A stretch of 64,000 nucleotides of DNA from Candidatus Latescibacterota bacterium (GTDB lineage Bacteria; Latescibacterota; UBA2968), in contig OZ240241.1 of assembly GCA_965198115.1 (NCBI GenBank), forward strand, positions 4,864,001-4,928,000, given 5' to 3'. The notes under the pieces were generated by a model, which saw nothing but the letters and a program-made list of their open reading frames with translations, made no database searches and had not been told where the DNA came from. Of the stretch, positions 10,145 to 18,900 are shown in pieces. Numbering within the stretch: position 1 is the stretch's first letter; each line of letters opens with the position of its first letter. The translations under genes and the position numbers were made by a program.

Positions 10145-11176
10145 ATGAAAATCACGTCCATTCGTGCGCTTCAGCCTGGAACGGACTATTCACCCGACGA
10201 CTGGCGCACCTGGGTCGGGCAGATTCTCGTCGTGATCGAAACCGAGGATGGTCTCACGGGATATGGTGTGGGCGGTGGCGGCAAGGCGGGAATCCACGTG
10301 ATCGACGAGGTGTTGAGCAGGACCCTGTTGGGGGCCGACGCCACACGGGTCGAAGATCTGTGGGACGAGATGTATCGGTCCACGCTGGCGTTCGGGCGGA
10401 AGGGAATCGCGGTGATGGCGATCAGCGGCGTCGATCTGGCCCTTTGGGATCTGCGAGCAAAGCGCGAGGAGAAGGCGCTGGTCGAAGTGCTTGGAGGCGA
10501 AGCCGGGAAGCCGATCCGGGCATACAAGACCGGATTTTCATCGGATGAAGTGATCGATACGGGTGCTCAGGGCTTCAGCGCCCTCAAGTTCCACGCCGGC
10601 GTTTTGCCCGGCGAGGATCTGGGCGACGTCGTCGGGGACATCAAGCGGGTGAGAGAGACACTGGGTCCTGACATTCGGTTGATGGGCGATGCCGGTATGA
10701 AGATGGACGCAGACACAACGTTACGAGTCGCGGAGCAACTGGCACCCTACGATTTGTATTGGCTGGAGGAGCCACTGCAGCCAGACGACTTTGAGGGATA
10801 CGCTCGGCTGCGTGACGAGTGTGCGATTCCGATCGCGAGCGGCGAACACGAGTATACAGCGAAGGCGTTCGAGGTGATCATCGAGGAGAAGCTTCACGCG
10901 TTCGTGCAACCTGACGTCAGCTGGTGCGGGGGAATGACGGAATTGTTGAAGATTTACAAGATGGCCGAGGGCACGGACGTCGTGGTTTGTCCGCATCGAG
11001 GTGCTGAGGCGTGGTCGATCCACGCGATCGGGGCGCTCGGGAATCCACCGTTCGCCGAGTCAGGACGGCCGTGGATGACGTGGGTGAAAGGAACGCCTGA
11101 GATTGGGGATGGGGAAGTGAGCGTCACTGAGCGGCCGGGGTTTGGCGTGTGGTTCGAGGAAGAGGACTTACATTAG
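10145..11176 (+). CDS. Mandelate racemase/muconate lactonizing enzyme family protein (sugar-acid dehydratase-like), copy 1
   Basis: ATG at 10145 (MKITSIRALQP) aligns with the start of the paralog at 12345. Motifs AISGVDLALWDL, MGDA, WLEEP, SGEHEY, QPD, PH. Confidence 0.85.
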   Translation: MKITSIRALQPGTDYSPDDWRTWVGQILVVIETEDGLTGYGVGGGGKAGIHVIDEVLSRTLLGADATRVEDLWDEMYRSTLAFGRKGIAVMAISGVDLALWDLRAKREEKALVEVLGGEAGKPIRAYKTGFSSDEVIDTGAQGFSALKFHAGVLPGEDLGDVVGDIKRVRETLGPDIRLMGDAGMKMDADTTLRVAEQLAPYDLYWLEEPLQPDDFEGYARLRDECAIPIASGEHEYTAKAFEVIIEEKLHAFVQPDVSWCGGMTELLKIYKMAEGTDVVVCPHRGAEAWSIHAIGALGNPPFAESGRPWMTWVKGTPEIGDGEVSVTERPGFGVWFEEEDLH

Positions 11177-11250
11177 TGTGACGGACAAGATGTTACGTAA
11201 AGCTTGTCTAGATACTTCGCAATGTCCGTAGACTTTCCACGGGAGAGAAT

Positions 11251-11340
11251 CGTCATCCCGGCGGTGTTTTGAGCCGGGATCCATCTTGATCTTCGCGAAA
11301 GTCAAAATGGGCCCCGGCTAAGAAGCGTACCGGGGTGACA
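11251..11340. repeat. REP-like double-hairpin palindromic element (GTCATCCCGG...CCGGGGTGAC type)
   Basis: GTCATCCCGGC..GCCGGGATCCA, spacer, TGGGCCCCGGC..CCGGGGTGAC; near-perfect 10-bp terminal inverted repeat. Confidence 0.6.
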
Positions 11341-11381
11341 TTCATTTCGCTAGGTCAATCCTTTCACGTACCAGGATCGGT

Positions 11382-12329
11382 ATGTCGCACACAGCCAACA
11401 GACCCAATTACGTTTCACTCCACGAAACGGGAGAGCTGCAGCGTCGCATCGACGAGGCGGTGGCGAGTCTCGAATCCTGTCGGGTTTGTCCGTGGAATTG
11501 TGACATCAATCGGCTGAAAGACGAGACGAAGGTCTGTCGGACGGGGCGCTACGCACGCGTTTCGAGTCATTTTGCCCACTTCGGAGAGGAGGATTGTCTT
11601 CGCGGGTGGAACGGGAGCGGGACGATCTTCTTTGCGTGGTGCAACCTGCGGTGCGTCTTCTGCCAGAATCACGAGATCAGCCAGGCTGAAGCTGGCGAGG
11701 AGGTGACACCGCGTCGCCTCGCGGATATGATGCTGGAGCTGCAGGAGATGGGGTGTCACAACATCAACTGGGTGACGCCGGAGCACGTGGTCCCACAGAT
11801 CCTGGAGTCCCTGCCTTTCGCGATCGAAGACGGCCTGAGATTGCCGATCGTCTACAACACGAGCGGTTACGATTCGATGGAAAGTCTGAGCCAGATGGAT
11901 GGGATCGTCGACATCTATATGCCCGATTTCAAGTACTGGTTCGACGATGCGTCCAAACGATATGTGAAGACTCCGGATTACGCTCGAGCGACCCGGGAAG
12001 CGATTCGTGAAATGCACCGTCAGGTGGGCGACCTGAGCGTTGACGATCGGGGGCTGGCGACGAGGGGATTGCTGATCCGTCACCTGGTGATGCCTGACGG
12101 TATCGACGATGCGAGAGAGATTATGCGGTTTCTTGCGGAGGAGATCTCCGAAGACACGTATGTGAATGTGATGGCCCAGTACTATCCGACTGCTCGGGTG
12201 AACGAGGAGAAGTATCCGGAGATCAATCGGAAGATTCGACCGGAAGAACTCGCTGATGCATACGAAGTCGCGAGACAGGCGGGCATTCGTCGATTCGATG
12301 AGCGACGATCCCTCGTCTGGATGCGGTAG
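11382..12329 (+). CDS. PflX-like radical SAM protein
   Basis: CxxCPxxC N-terminal motif, HFGEE..GSGTIFF, CNLRCVFCQN, IYMPDFKY, GLLIRHLVMP. Confidence 0.88.
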   Translation: MSHTANRPNYVSLHETGELQRRIDEAVASLESCRVCPWNCDINRLKDETKVCRTGRYARVSSHFAHFGEEDCLRGWNGSGTIFFAWCNLRCVFCQNHEISQAEAGEEVTPRRLADMMLELQEMGCHNINWVTPEHVVPQILESLPFAIEDGLRLPIVYNTSGYDSMESLSQMDGIVDIYMPDFKYWFDDASKRYVKTPDYARATREAIREMHRQVGDLSVDDRGLATRGLLIRHLVMPDGIDDAREIMRFLAEEISEDTYVNVMAQYYPTARVNEEKYPEINRKIRPEELADAYEVARQAGIRRFDERRSLVWMR

Positions 12330-12344
12330 AAAAATCGGTACAAG

Positions 12345-13358
12345 ATGGCGATGAAAATCACCTCTGTACGCGCGGTTCAACCACATAAGGACACGGTCCC
12401 GCCGGGTTGGAAAACCTGGCTCGGGCAGATTCTGGTCATCGTTGAAACAGACGATGGTCTGACGGGCTATGGCGTCGGGGGTGGTGGGCAGGCGGGCATC
12501 CACGTGATCGAAACCGCATTGAGCAGCATTCTCGTGGGGGCGGACGCGTCACAGGTGGAAAACCTGTGGGAGGAGATGTACCGGGGGACGCTGCAATTCG
12601 GACAGAAGGGGATCGTGGTGATGGCGATCAGCGGGATCGATCTCGCTTTGTGGGATCTTCGGGCGAAGCGTGAGGACAGGCCGCTGGTCGCTGTGCTTGG
12701 CGGGGAAGCAGGAACGCCCATCCGCGCATATAAAACGGGATTCAGCCCGGATGCGATCGTCGAATCGGGTACACAGGGCTTTACGGCTATCAAAATGAGT
12801 GTGAAGCCTTTGCCCGGTCAGGACGAGCGTGACGTCGCCAAGCGGTTCAGTCGTGTGAGGGAAGCGGTGGGACCAGAGTTTCGATTGATGGGCGAAGCCA
12901 GTATGACGTTCGATGTGGATACGACATTAAGAACGGCCGAGGCGCTCGAACCTTACGATCTCTACTGGCTGGAAGAACCGCTGCCCCCCGGCGACCTGGA
13001 AGGCTACGTGAAACTGCGGGATGCGTGTCCGATTCCGATCGCGAGCGGCGAACACGAGTACACGGCGAAGGCATTCGAAGTGATCATCGAAGAGCGCCTG
13101 CACGCGTTCGTCCAGCCAGATGTCTGCTGGTGTGGCGGGATGACGGAGTTGCTGAAAGTTTACAGGATGGCGGAAGGAACGGATGCGATCGTCTGTCCGC
13201 ACCGCGGAGGCGAAGCGTGGTCGATTCACGCGACCGGAGCGCTCGGCGACCCTGCGTTTGCCGAGTCGGGCCGTCCTTGGATGAAGTGGGTAAAAGGGGG
13301 GCCGGAGATTGTCGATGGGGAGGTGACTGTGTCGGATCGGCCGGGGTTTGGGGTGTGA
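12345..13358 (+). CDS. Mandelate racemase/muconate lactonizing enzyme family protein, copy 2
   Basis: Collinear and highly similar to 10145-11176, with the same metal-ligand region. Confidence 0.85.
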   Translation: MAMKITSVRAVQPHKDTVPPGWKTWLGQILVIVETDDGLTGYGVGGGGQAGIHVIETALSSILVGADASQVENLWEEMYRGTLQFGQKGIVVMAISGIDLALWDLRAKREDRPLVAVLGGEAGTPIRAYKTGFSPDAIVESGTQGFTAIKMSVKPLPGQDERDVAKRFSRVREAVGPEFRLMGEASMTFDVDTTLRTAEALEPYDLYWLEEPLPPGDLEGYVKLRDACPIPIASGEHEYTAKAFEVIIEERLHAFVQPDVCWCGGMTELLKVYRMAEGTDAIVCPHRGGEAWSIHATGALGDPAFAESGRPWMKWVKGGPEIVDGEVTVSDRPGFGV

Positions 13359-13413
13359 TTCGAAGACGCATTGGGAAATTAGGGACCGAGGAGATTAAGC
13401 AATTCGGCAATTG

Positions 13414-13453
13414 AAATGGGCCCGGCTTCTGACTGAAGCGCGGGCCCGTTTTT
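13414..13453. terminator. Probable bidirectional intrinsic terminator
   Basis: AAATGGGCCCG-GCTTC..GAAGC-GCGGGCCCGTTTTT between convergent genes. Confidence 0.7.
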
Positions 13454-13473
13454 GTTTCGCGACAGGAGGTGGA

Positions 13474-15429
13474 TCAGTCGGCGGAGGCGACGGCGTCGGA
13501 GCCGAAATGTTCGTCGTGCAATCGCTCGACTTCTTCGGGAGCGACGGGTTTGGATAGGCCGATATGGAAGGCGAGAAACCACATTACGAAAATGCCGAAC
13601 GCAAGGAAGAGGAGTTGCCAGACCCAGAGCGATGGCAGGCCGAAGGGTCCCCAGGAGGACGGCACGTTGGGGTTCGAAAAGAGGGTGTTGCCGATGACGG
13701 CGAAGGGTCCGAATCCGGCGAGGAACCAGACAAGGGTGAGCGCCCAGGCGAGGGGTACGTGTTTCTTCTTCTCTTCCGTGATTCCGGATACCGCCTGGAG
13801 GAAGGCGTGGCGCTTTCTTCGGTGATCCCTCTCCTCGTCAGTCTGGCTCCCTGCAAAGGAGACGATGATCGTGACGAGAAGGTTGAACAAGATGCCCCAG
13901 CCCGCACTGTGAATCGTGAGGGGATAGCGTCCCCAGGGCAGCGCGCCGAACTCGAGGTCGAGAAAGTTCGGGATGAAAGCGTTGAGAATGTCGGGAATGA
14001 TGGCGACCGGGCGGTCGGTCAACGTCACCGCGACGAGTCCGACGACGAGACCCCAGACGATGCCTTTTCGGGTGAACTGCTGGAAGAAGCTGATGCCCAT
14101 CAGCGCCGGCCACATCTGGAAGCCGTAGGCGACGGCGAGGCCACCGAGCATCACGATGGCGCCGGTGAACCGCGCGGCGACGAAGAGGGCGGCGACGGCG
14201 ACGACGATGACGAAGATGCGGCCGCACATTTTCTGGACGTCGTCGGTGGCGTCGGGTGCGATGTAGCTCTTGTAGATGTCGCGTGTGACCATCCCGCTGA
14301 ACGTGGACATATACGCGGCACCCGTGCTCTGCATCGCGGCGAGTGCACATACGGCGAGGAGGGCGACGAGCCACGGCGCGGTGTCGGCGAGGAGATTGAT
14401 GAGCTGTGGCACGAGGTTCTTGTCGGTGACATCACTGAGGATGCCCTTGGCTTCGAGTACGTTGCCACCGAGGCCCTGGAAGATGGTGAAGGTGAACAGG
14501 ATGATCCCGATGATGAGAGAGGAGGCGACGACCTGCTGCCAGCGAAACGACTCGCACGTTCTGTTCGAGAAGGTCCACATACTGAACGCGGGTGACGATT
14601 GGATGCCCATCAACGCGAACATATAGGTGAGGCACATCACGCCCGTCCAGGAGCTTCCAACAGCTTGCGTGTTGGCGGAGACCCATTGAATGGCTCCGGG
14701 GAGGGCTACCGTTCCCGAATGACCGGCGGGCGTGATTTTTGTGCCGCTCGCGAGGTCCTGGGTGACGAGCGCAGCGAGCCCGCTCGTAAACTCGGACCAG
14801 CCGCCGATGTAGGAAATGGCGATGCCTCCGAGAACGACGATGCCCAGCGCGAGGAGGATGCATTGCACGCAGTCGACGTAAGCGACAGATCGGAGACCGC
14901 CGGATGCGACGTAGATCACGACGATGGCGGATAGGGCAAACATGCCGATTTCGATTCCGATCAGGCCGTCGGTGAGCACGTGGAACAGATCGCCGGACGC
15001 TCTGAGCTGGACGCCGAGGTAGGGCACGCTGAAGAGGAAAGCGACGAGAACGGTGAGGAGGCGCATCGCGTTCCCGCCATAGTAATCGGTATACATCTCC
15101 CCGGGGGTGATGTAGTTGAAAGCGCGACCGAGCACCCATTGACGACGGAGGAAAAGGACACCCGTAAAGGGAATGGTGAGTGCGTAGAAGGACGCGAACG
15201 CGTAGGGTAACCCCTCATTCAGGATCAAGCCGGGGTGCCCTACGAACGTCCATCCGCTGAAGCTGGTCGCAGTGGCGGCGAGGACGAAGACCCAGATACC
15301 GATGCTGCGCCCGGCGACGAAGTAATCAGCGGACGTCTTGGAGCGGATGGCACCCTTGATGCCCCAGAAGAGACAGTAGGCCCAGTAGAGCCCGACGAAA
15401 CCGAACAGCCAATACAGCTTCGCGTCCAA
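13474..15429 (-). CDS. Sodium:solute symporter family transporter
   Basis: Multi-TM protein; DYFVAGRS, ATSFSGWTFVGHPG, GGLRSVAYVD, AAMQST. Confidence 0.9.
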   Translation of the reverse strand: MDAKLYWLFGFVGLYWAYCLFWGIKGAIRSKTSADYFVAGRSIGIWVFVLAATATSFSGWTFVGHPGLILNEGLPYAFASFYALTIPFTGVLFLRRQWVLGRAFNYITPGEMYTDYYGGNAMRLLTVLVAFLFSVPYLGVQLRASGDLFHVLTDGLIGIEIGMFALSAIVVIYVASGGLRSVAYVDCVQCILLALGIVVLGGIAISYIGGWSEFTSGLAALVTQDLASGTKITPAGHSGTVALPGAIQWVSANTQAVGSSWTGVMCLTYMFALMGIQSSPAFSMWTFSNRTCESFRWQQVVASSLIIGIILFTFTIFQGLGGNVLEAKGILSDVTDKNLVPQLINLLADTAPWLVALLAVCALAAMQSTGAAYMSTFSGMVTRDIYKSYIAPDATDDVQKMCGRIFVIVVAVAALFVAARFTGAIVMLGGLAVAYGFQMWPALMGISFFQQFTRKGIVWGLVVGLVAVTLTDRPVAIIPDILNAFIPNFLDLEFGALPWGRYPLTIHSAGWGILFNLLVTIIVSFAGSQTDEERDHRRKRHAFLQAVSGITEEKKKHVPLAWALTLVWFLAGFGPFAVIGNTLFSNPNVPSSWGPFGLPSLWVWQLLFLAFGIFVMWFLAFHIGLSKPVAPEEVERLHDEHFGSDAVASAD

Positions 15430-15540
15430 AGCAGTTCCCCCAGGACAGACAACACGAAGTCACGAAAACGCGAAGGAAACCATTCAAGTTGCGGCGTAGG
15501 ATACGGTGGGTCGGGGAGTGACGCAAACTGGGGGAGGGAC

Positions 15541-15620
15541 GAACGTCGAACATCGAACGCCCAATGTCGAACGCGGAACCAGCTCGACATTCGGAGTTGG
15601 ACGTTCGGTGTTGGACATTC
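15541..15620. repeat. Inverted arrays of degenerate 7-mers
   Basis: GAACGTC GAACATC GAACGCC CAATGTC GAAC.. followed by complementary ..TCGACAT TCGGAGT TGGACGT TCGGTGT TGGACAT. Confidence 0.7.
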
Positions 15621-15631
15621 AGGTCCGTTTG

Positions 15632-16915
15632 TCACCAAAGGGTCATCGAGTTCTCGAACAACGTCGTGAGCTCTGTTTCGCCAGCGGGAATGGGCGAAAG
15701 TTTGGTGACACGGTGCTGGGGGAGCGTGCCTTCCACGAGAGCGGGAATGTCATCGTTCGTGAAGCCGACGGACGACAGACCGTTGGGGAGTTCGAGCTTT
15801 TTCATCAGGCTGACGATCTGCTCTGCCAGGACGTCGCCGGCATCCTCTAGGGCGATGTTGGCAATGTCGGCACCCATTACTTCCGCGGCTTTGAGGTGAC
15901 GGTCGGGGTTTGCGGATGCGGTAAATTCGAACACGGCGGGGGCGTGGAGCGTCACGGATAAGCCGTGGGGGATGATGGCGTGGTCGGAGACGAATCCGTC
16001 GGGGATGAATTCCCGAACCATTCCCGAAACGGGGTAGGACATCCCGTGGCAGAGATGGACGCCCGCGTTGCCAAAGCCCATTCCGGCCATACTGGCGGCG
16101 AGCGCCATCTGCCCGCGCGCTTCGTCATCGTCCGGATCCTGGACGGCCCGGACGAGATAGGCTGATACCATTCGTGTTGCCTCGAGTGCCCAGATGTCGC
16201 TGATCGGATTGCTGCCCTGGTAGGCGGGTCGTAGAAGGGGACGCTCGGGTTTGGGCCGTTGGTCATAGGGGATGGCGGTGTAGGATTCGAGTGCGTGGCA
16301 AAGGACGTCCAGTCCGGACCCCGCGGCTACCGATGCGGGCATCGTCCGGGTATTGTTCGGGTCCACGATGCCGAGTGTCGGTTTCAGGCGTCGATGAGCG
16401 ATCCCGGTTTTTGCGTGGAGTTCGGTGAGATCGCAGATGGCGACGCCGGTCGTCTCGCTGCCCGTTCCGGCGGTCGTGGGGATGGCGATGAGCGGTTTGA
16501 CGGGACCCGGGCACGGTTTGCCCTGCCCGATGGGCGCGTTGATGTAGGCGAGGAAATCGTCGGGGTAGCAATAGTAGAGGTTCGCGGCCTTGGCCGTGTC
16601 CATCACCGAGCCGCCACCGACGGCGACGAAGGCATCGGGCCTCGTTTCTTTCGCGAAGTCGATGGCTTCATTGAAAGAAAGATCAGTCGGTTCGACTCTC
16701 ACTCGGTCGTAGAGGACCACGTCGAGCCCTTCGTCGGCCAGAGCGCGTTTGACGGTGTCGACAGGCTGGAGGTCGGCGATGTTCGGATCGGTCAGGAGCA
16801 TCACGCGTTTTGCACCGAGATCGCTCAGGTCCATTCCGACTTCGGCCGTGGCACCGATGCCGAAGCGAAGGTTGGAGGTGCCCATTTCGAAGATGGTGTC
16901 TTTTACAGAATCCAT
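15632..16915 (-). CDS. Hydroxyacid-oxoacid transhydrogenase (ADHFE1/HOT-like, iron-containing ADH family)
   Basis: GGGSVMDTAK, YINAPIGQG, PTTAGTGSETT, RPAYQGSNPISD, GNAGVHLCHGMSYP, PHG. Confidence 0.88.
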   Translation of the reverse strand: MDSVKDTIFEMGTSNLRFGIGATAEVGMDLSDLGAKRVMLLTDPNIADLQPVDTVKRALADEGLDVVLYDRVRVEPTDLSFNEAIDFAKETRPDAFVAVGGGSVMDTAKAANLYYCYPDDFLAYINAPIGQGKPCPGPVKPLIAIPTTAGTGSETTGVAICDLTELHAKTGIAHRRLKPTLGIVDPNNTRTMPASVAAGSGLDVLCHALESYTAIPYDQRPKPERPLLRPAYQGSNPISDIWALEATRMVSAYLVRAVQDPDDDEARGQMALAASMAGMGFGNAGVHLCHGMSYPVSGMVREFIPDGFVSDHAIIPHGLSVTLHAPAVFEFTASANPDRHLKAAEVMGADIANIALEDAGDVLAEQIVSLMKKLELPNGLSSVGFTNDDIPALVEGTLPQHRVTKLSPIPAGETELTTLFENSMTLW

Positions 16916-16989
16916 TGGTGGTCCTACGAGCATATGAGATCAGGCAAGGGTCAAAGATATGACTCCTGTTGGATTCCCCAAAGACTGAC

Positions 16990-18900
16990 CTACATCGTCG
17001 ATGCGCGGTGCGAAACCCGTTGAACGAGGGTGAGCGCGCCGAAGGCGATCCAACCGGCGAGATGGAGCCAGGGGTAGGGCCAGAGGAGGAGGAGCGCAAC
17101 GACAGCAAAGCTGGCACGAAACGGGGCCGACAGCAGTCGAAGATGGAAGCCCTCGAACGTGATGGCGAATGCGAGGAGCCCGAAGGTTCCGGATATCGCT
17201 GTTTCGATGGCCCACAGGGGGTCGTCTTCGAACAGCAGGGGTGTGTAACAGAAGAGCAGGGGGATGATGTAGAGCCCTTTGGCGATTTTCCAGGACTCGA
17301 GGCCCGTGCGAACGGGATGGCTGCCCGCGATGCCGGCGGCCGAATAGGCGGCGAGGCAGACGGGGGGCGTGACGTTCGCGTCCTGCGAGTACCAGAAGAT
17401 GAGCAGGTGGGCGGCGATGATGCTCACACCCAGTGAGGTCAGCGCAGGGGCGGCGAGAACGGCCAGGACGATGTAGCTCGCAGTGACGGGCAGCCCCATT
17501 CCCAGGATGAGAGAGGCGACGGCGATCAGAGCGATGGCGAGGATGAGGTGGTTGCCGGCGAGGGCGCCGATGAGGAGCGAGAACTTGATGCCGATACCGA
17601 CGAGCAGAACCACCCCTACGATGATGCCCGCACAGAGAAGGATGACGCCGGTCGAGACGAGGTTGAGCGCGCCGAGCTCGAGGGCGGCGAGGATGTCGGT
17701 TACTCCCATTCTCGTTTCGCGATTGAGCCAGCTGGCGAGAACGATCGTCAGACAACCTGCGGCCGCGGCGTAGGTCGGTGTGAAGCCTTCGACGAGGAGA
17801 CCGACGAGCACGGCGATCGGAATCAGGAAGTGCCACCCTTCCTTCAGGACGATGGAGAGGGGCGTGACCTCATCGGCGCCGAGGGGGAGGATCTGTCGCT
17901 TTCGGGCGCGGAGGTGGACGAAGAAGGTGACACTGATGAAGTACATCAGCGCGGGCACGATCGAAACGGCGACGATCGTGAGGTAAGGGATTTGCGTCCA
18001 CTGGCTCATGATGAAGGCACCCGCGCCCATAATCGGAGGCATCAGCTGCCCACCCGTGGACGCCGCGGCTTCGACGGCCGCCGCGAAGGTGGGGCGGAAG
18101 CCGGTCCGTTTCATCATCGGGATGGTCAGGGACCCCGAGCCGACGGTGTTGGCGACGGCGCTGCCGGAAATGGAGCCGAGGAGCCCGCTCGCGCAGACGG
18201 CCATTTTGGCGGGTCCGCCGACGGTTCGGCCGAGGAGCGCGAGCGCAAACTTCATAATGAAGTCGCCGGCCCCGGAACGGAGCAGGAACGCGCCGAAGAG
18301 GACGAACAGGGCGACGAAGGTGGACGAGACCGTCGCAATGGTGCCGAAGATGCCGTCGGGCGCGAAGTACATTCGATAGAGCATTCGGCTGACCGTCACG
18401 CCGGGAAAGTGCCAGGTTCCGACAATCCAGCGTCCCCAGAGCAAGGCGTAGGTGAGGAAGACGACGGCGAGCGTCGGGATGAACCAACCCGTTGTTCGAC
18501 GCGTGATTTCGAGGACGAGGAGGACGGCGAAAGCGGCCGCGACGAGGTCTTGCCAGACGGGAACCTGGTTGCGCGCGTGCAGGGCCTCTTCGAACAGGAT
18601 CAGATAGAGGGCGATTCCGACGCTGAAAACGGCCAGGGCGGAATCGACCACGAGCGTCCGCACACGGGACGATGGCGGGTAAAGCAGGAAACCGAGGAAC
18701 AGGAGCCCGGCGAAGTGAAAGGCATTCCGATGGAGCTCGGGTAACACGCCGATCGTGTTCGACCAGACGTGGAAAAGCGATACCAGAATGGCGACGACGG
18801 TGACGGTGCGCGCCGGAAGGCCGGTAAGGGTTCGGCGCGTGGCGATGACCTCGCCGCCGATGTCCTCGTCGGACGGTGAGACCGGATCGGTTTCGGCCAT
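16990..18900 (-). CDS. TRAP transporter fused 4TM/12TM permease (TAXI type)
   Basis: GGPAKMAV, SGSAVAN, EAAASTGGQLMPPIMGAGAF, LGMGLPVTASY, TPPVCLAAY. Confidence 0.92.
   Translation of the reverse strand: MAETDPVSPSDEDIGGEVIATRRTLTGLPARTVTVVAILVSLFHVWSNTIGVLPELHRNAFHFAGLLFLGFLLYPPSSRVRTLVVDSALAVFSVGIALYLILFEEALHARNQVPVWQDLVAAAFAVLLVLEITRRTTGWFIPTLAVVFLTYALLWGRWIVGTWHFPGVTVSRMLYRMYFAPDGIFGTIATVSSTFVALFVLFGAFLLRSGAGDFIMKFALALLGRTVGGPAKMAVCASGLLGSISGSAVANTVGSGSLTIPMMKRTGFRPTFAAAVEAAASTGGQLMPPIMGAGAFIMSQWTQIPYLTIVAVSIVPALMYFISVTFFVHLRARKRQILPLGADEVTPLSIVLKEGWHFLIPIAVLVGLLVEGFTPTYAAAAGCLTIVLASWLNRETRMGVTDILAALELGALNLVSTGVILLCAGIIVGVVLLVGIGIKFSLLIGALAGNHLILAIALIAVASLILGMGLPVTASYIVLAVLAAPALTSLGVSIIAAHLLIFWYSQDANVTPPVCLAAYSAAGIAGSHPVRTGLESWKIAKGLYIIPLLFCYTPLLFEDDPLWAIETAISGTFGLLAFAITFEGFHLRLLSAPFRASFAVVALLLLWPYPWLHLAGWIAFGALTLVQRVSHRASTM

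Noticed and set aside
8726-11176. Genuine 816-aa fusion protein
   Set aside because: The paralog at 12345 starts at the equivalent internal Met, and the linker looks intergenic. A lost stop is simpler.
13356-13358. TGA recoding (Trp or Sec)
   Set aside because: Many conserved genes here end properly at TGA and use TGG for Trp, and the position is not a Cys site.
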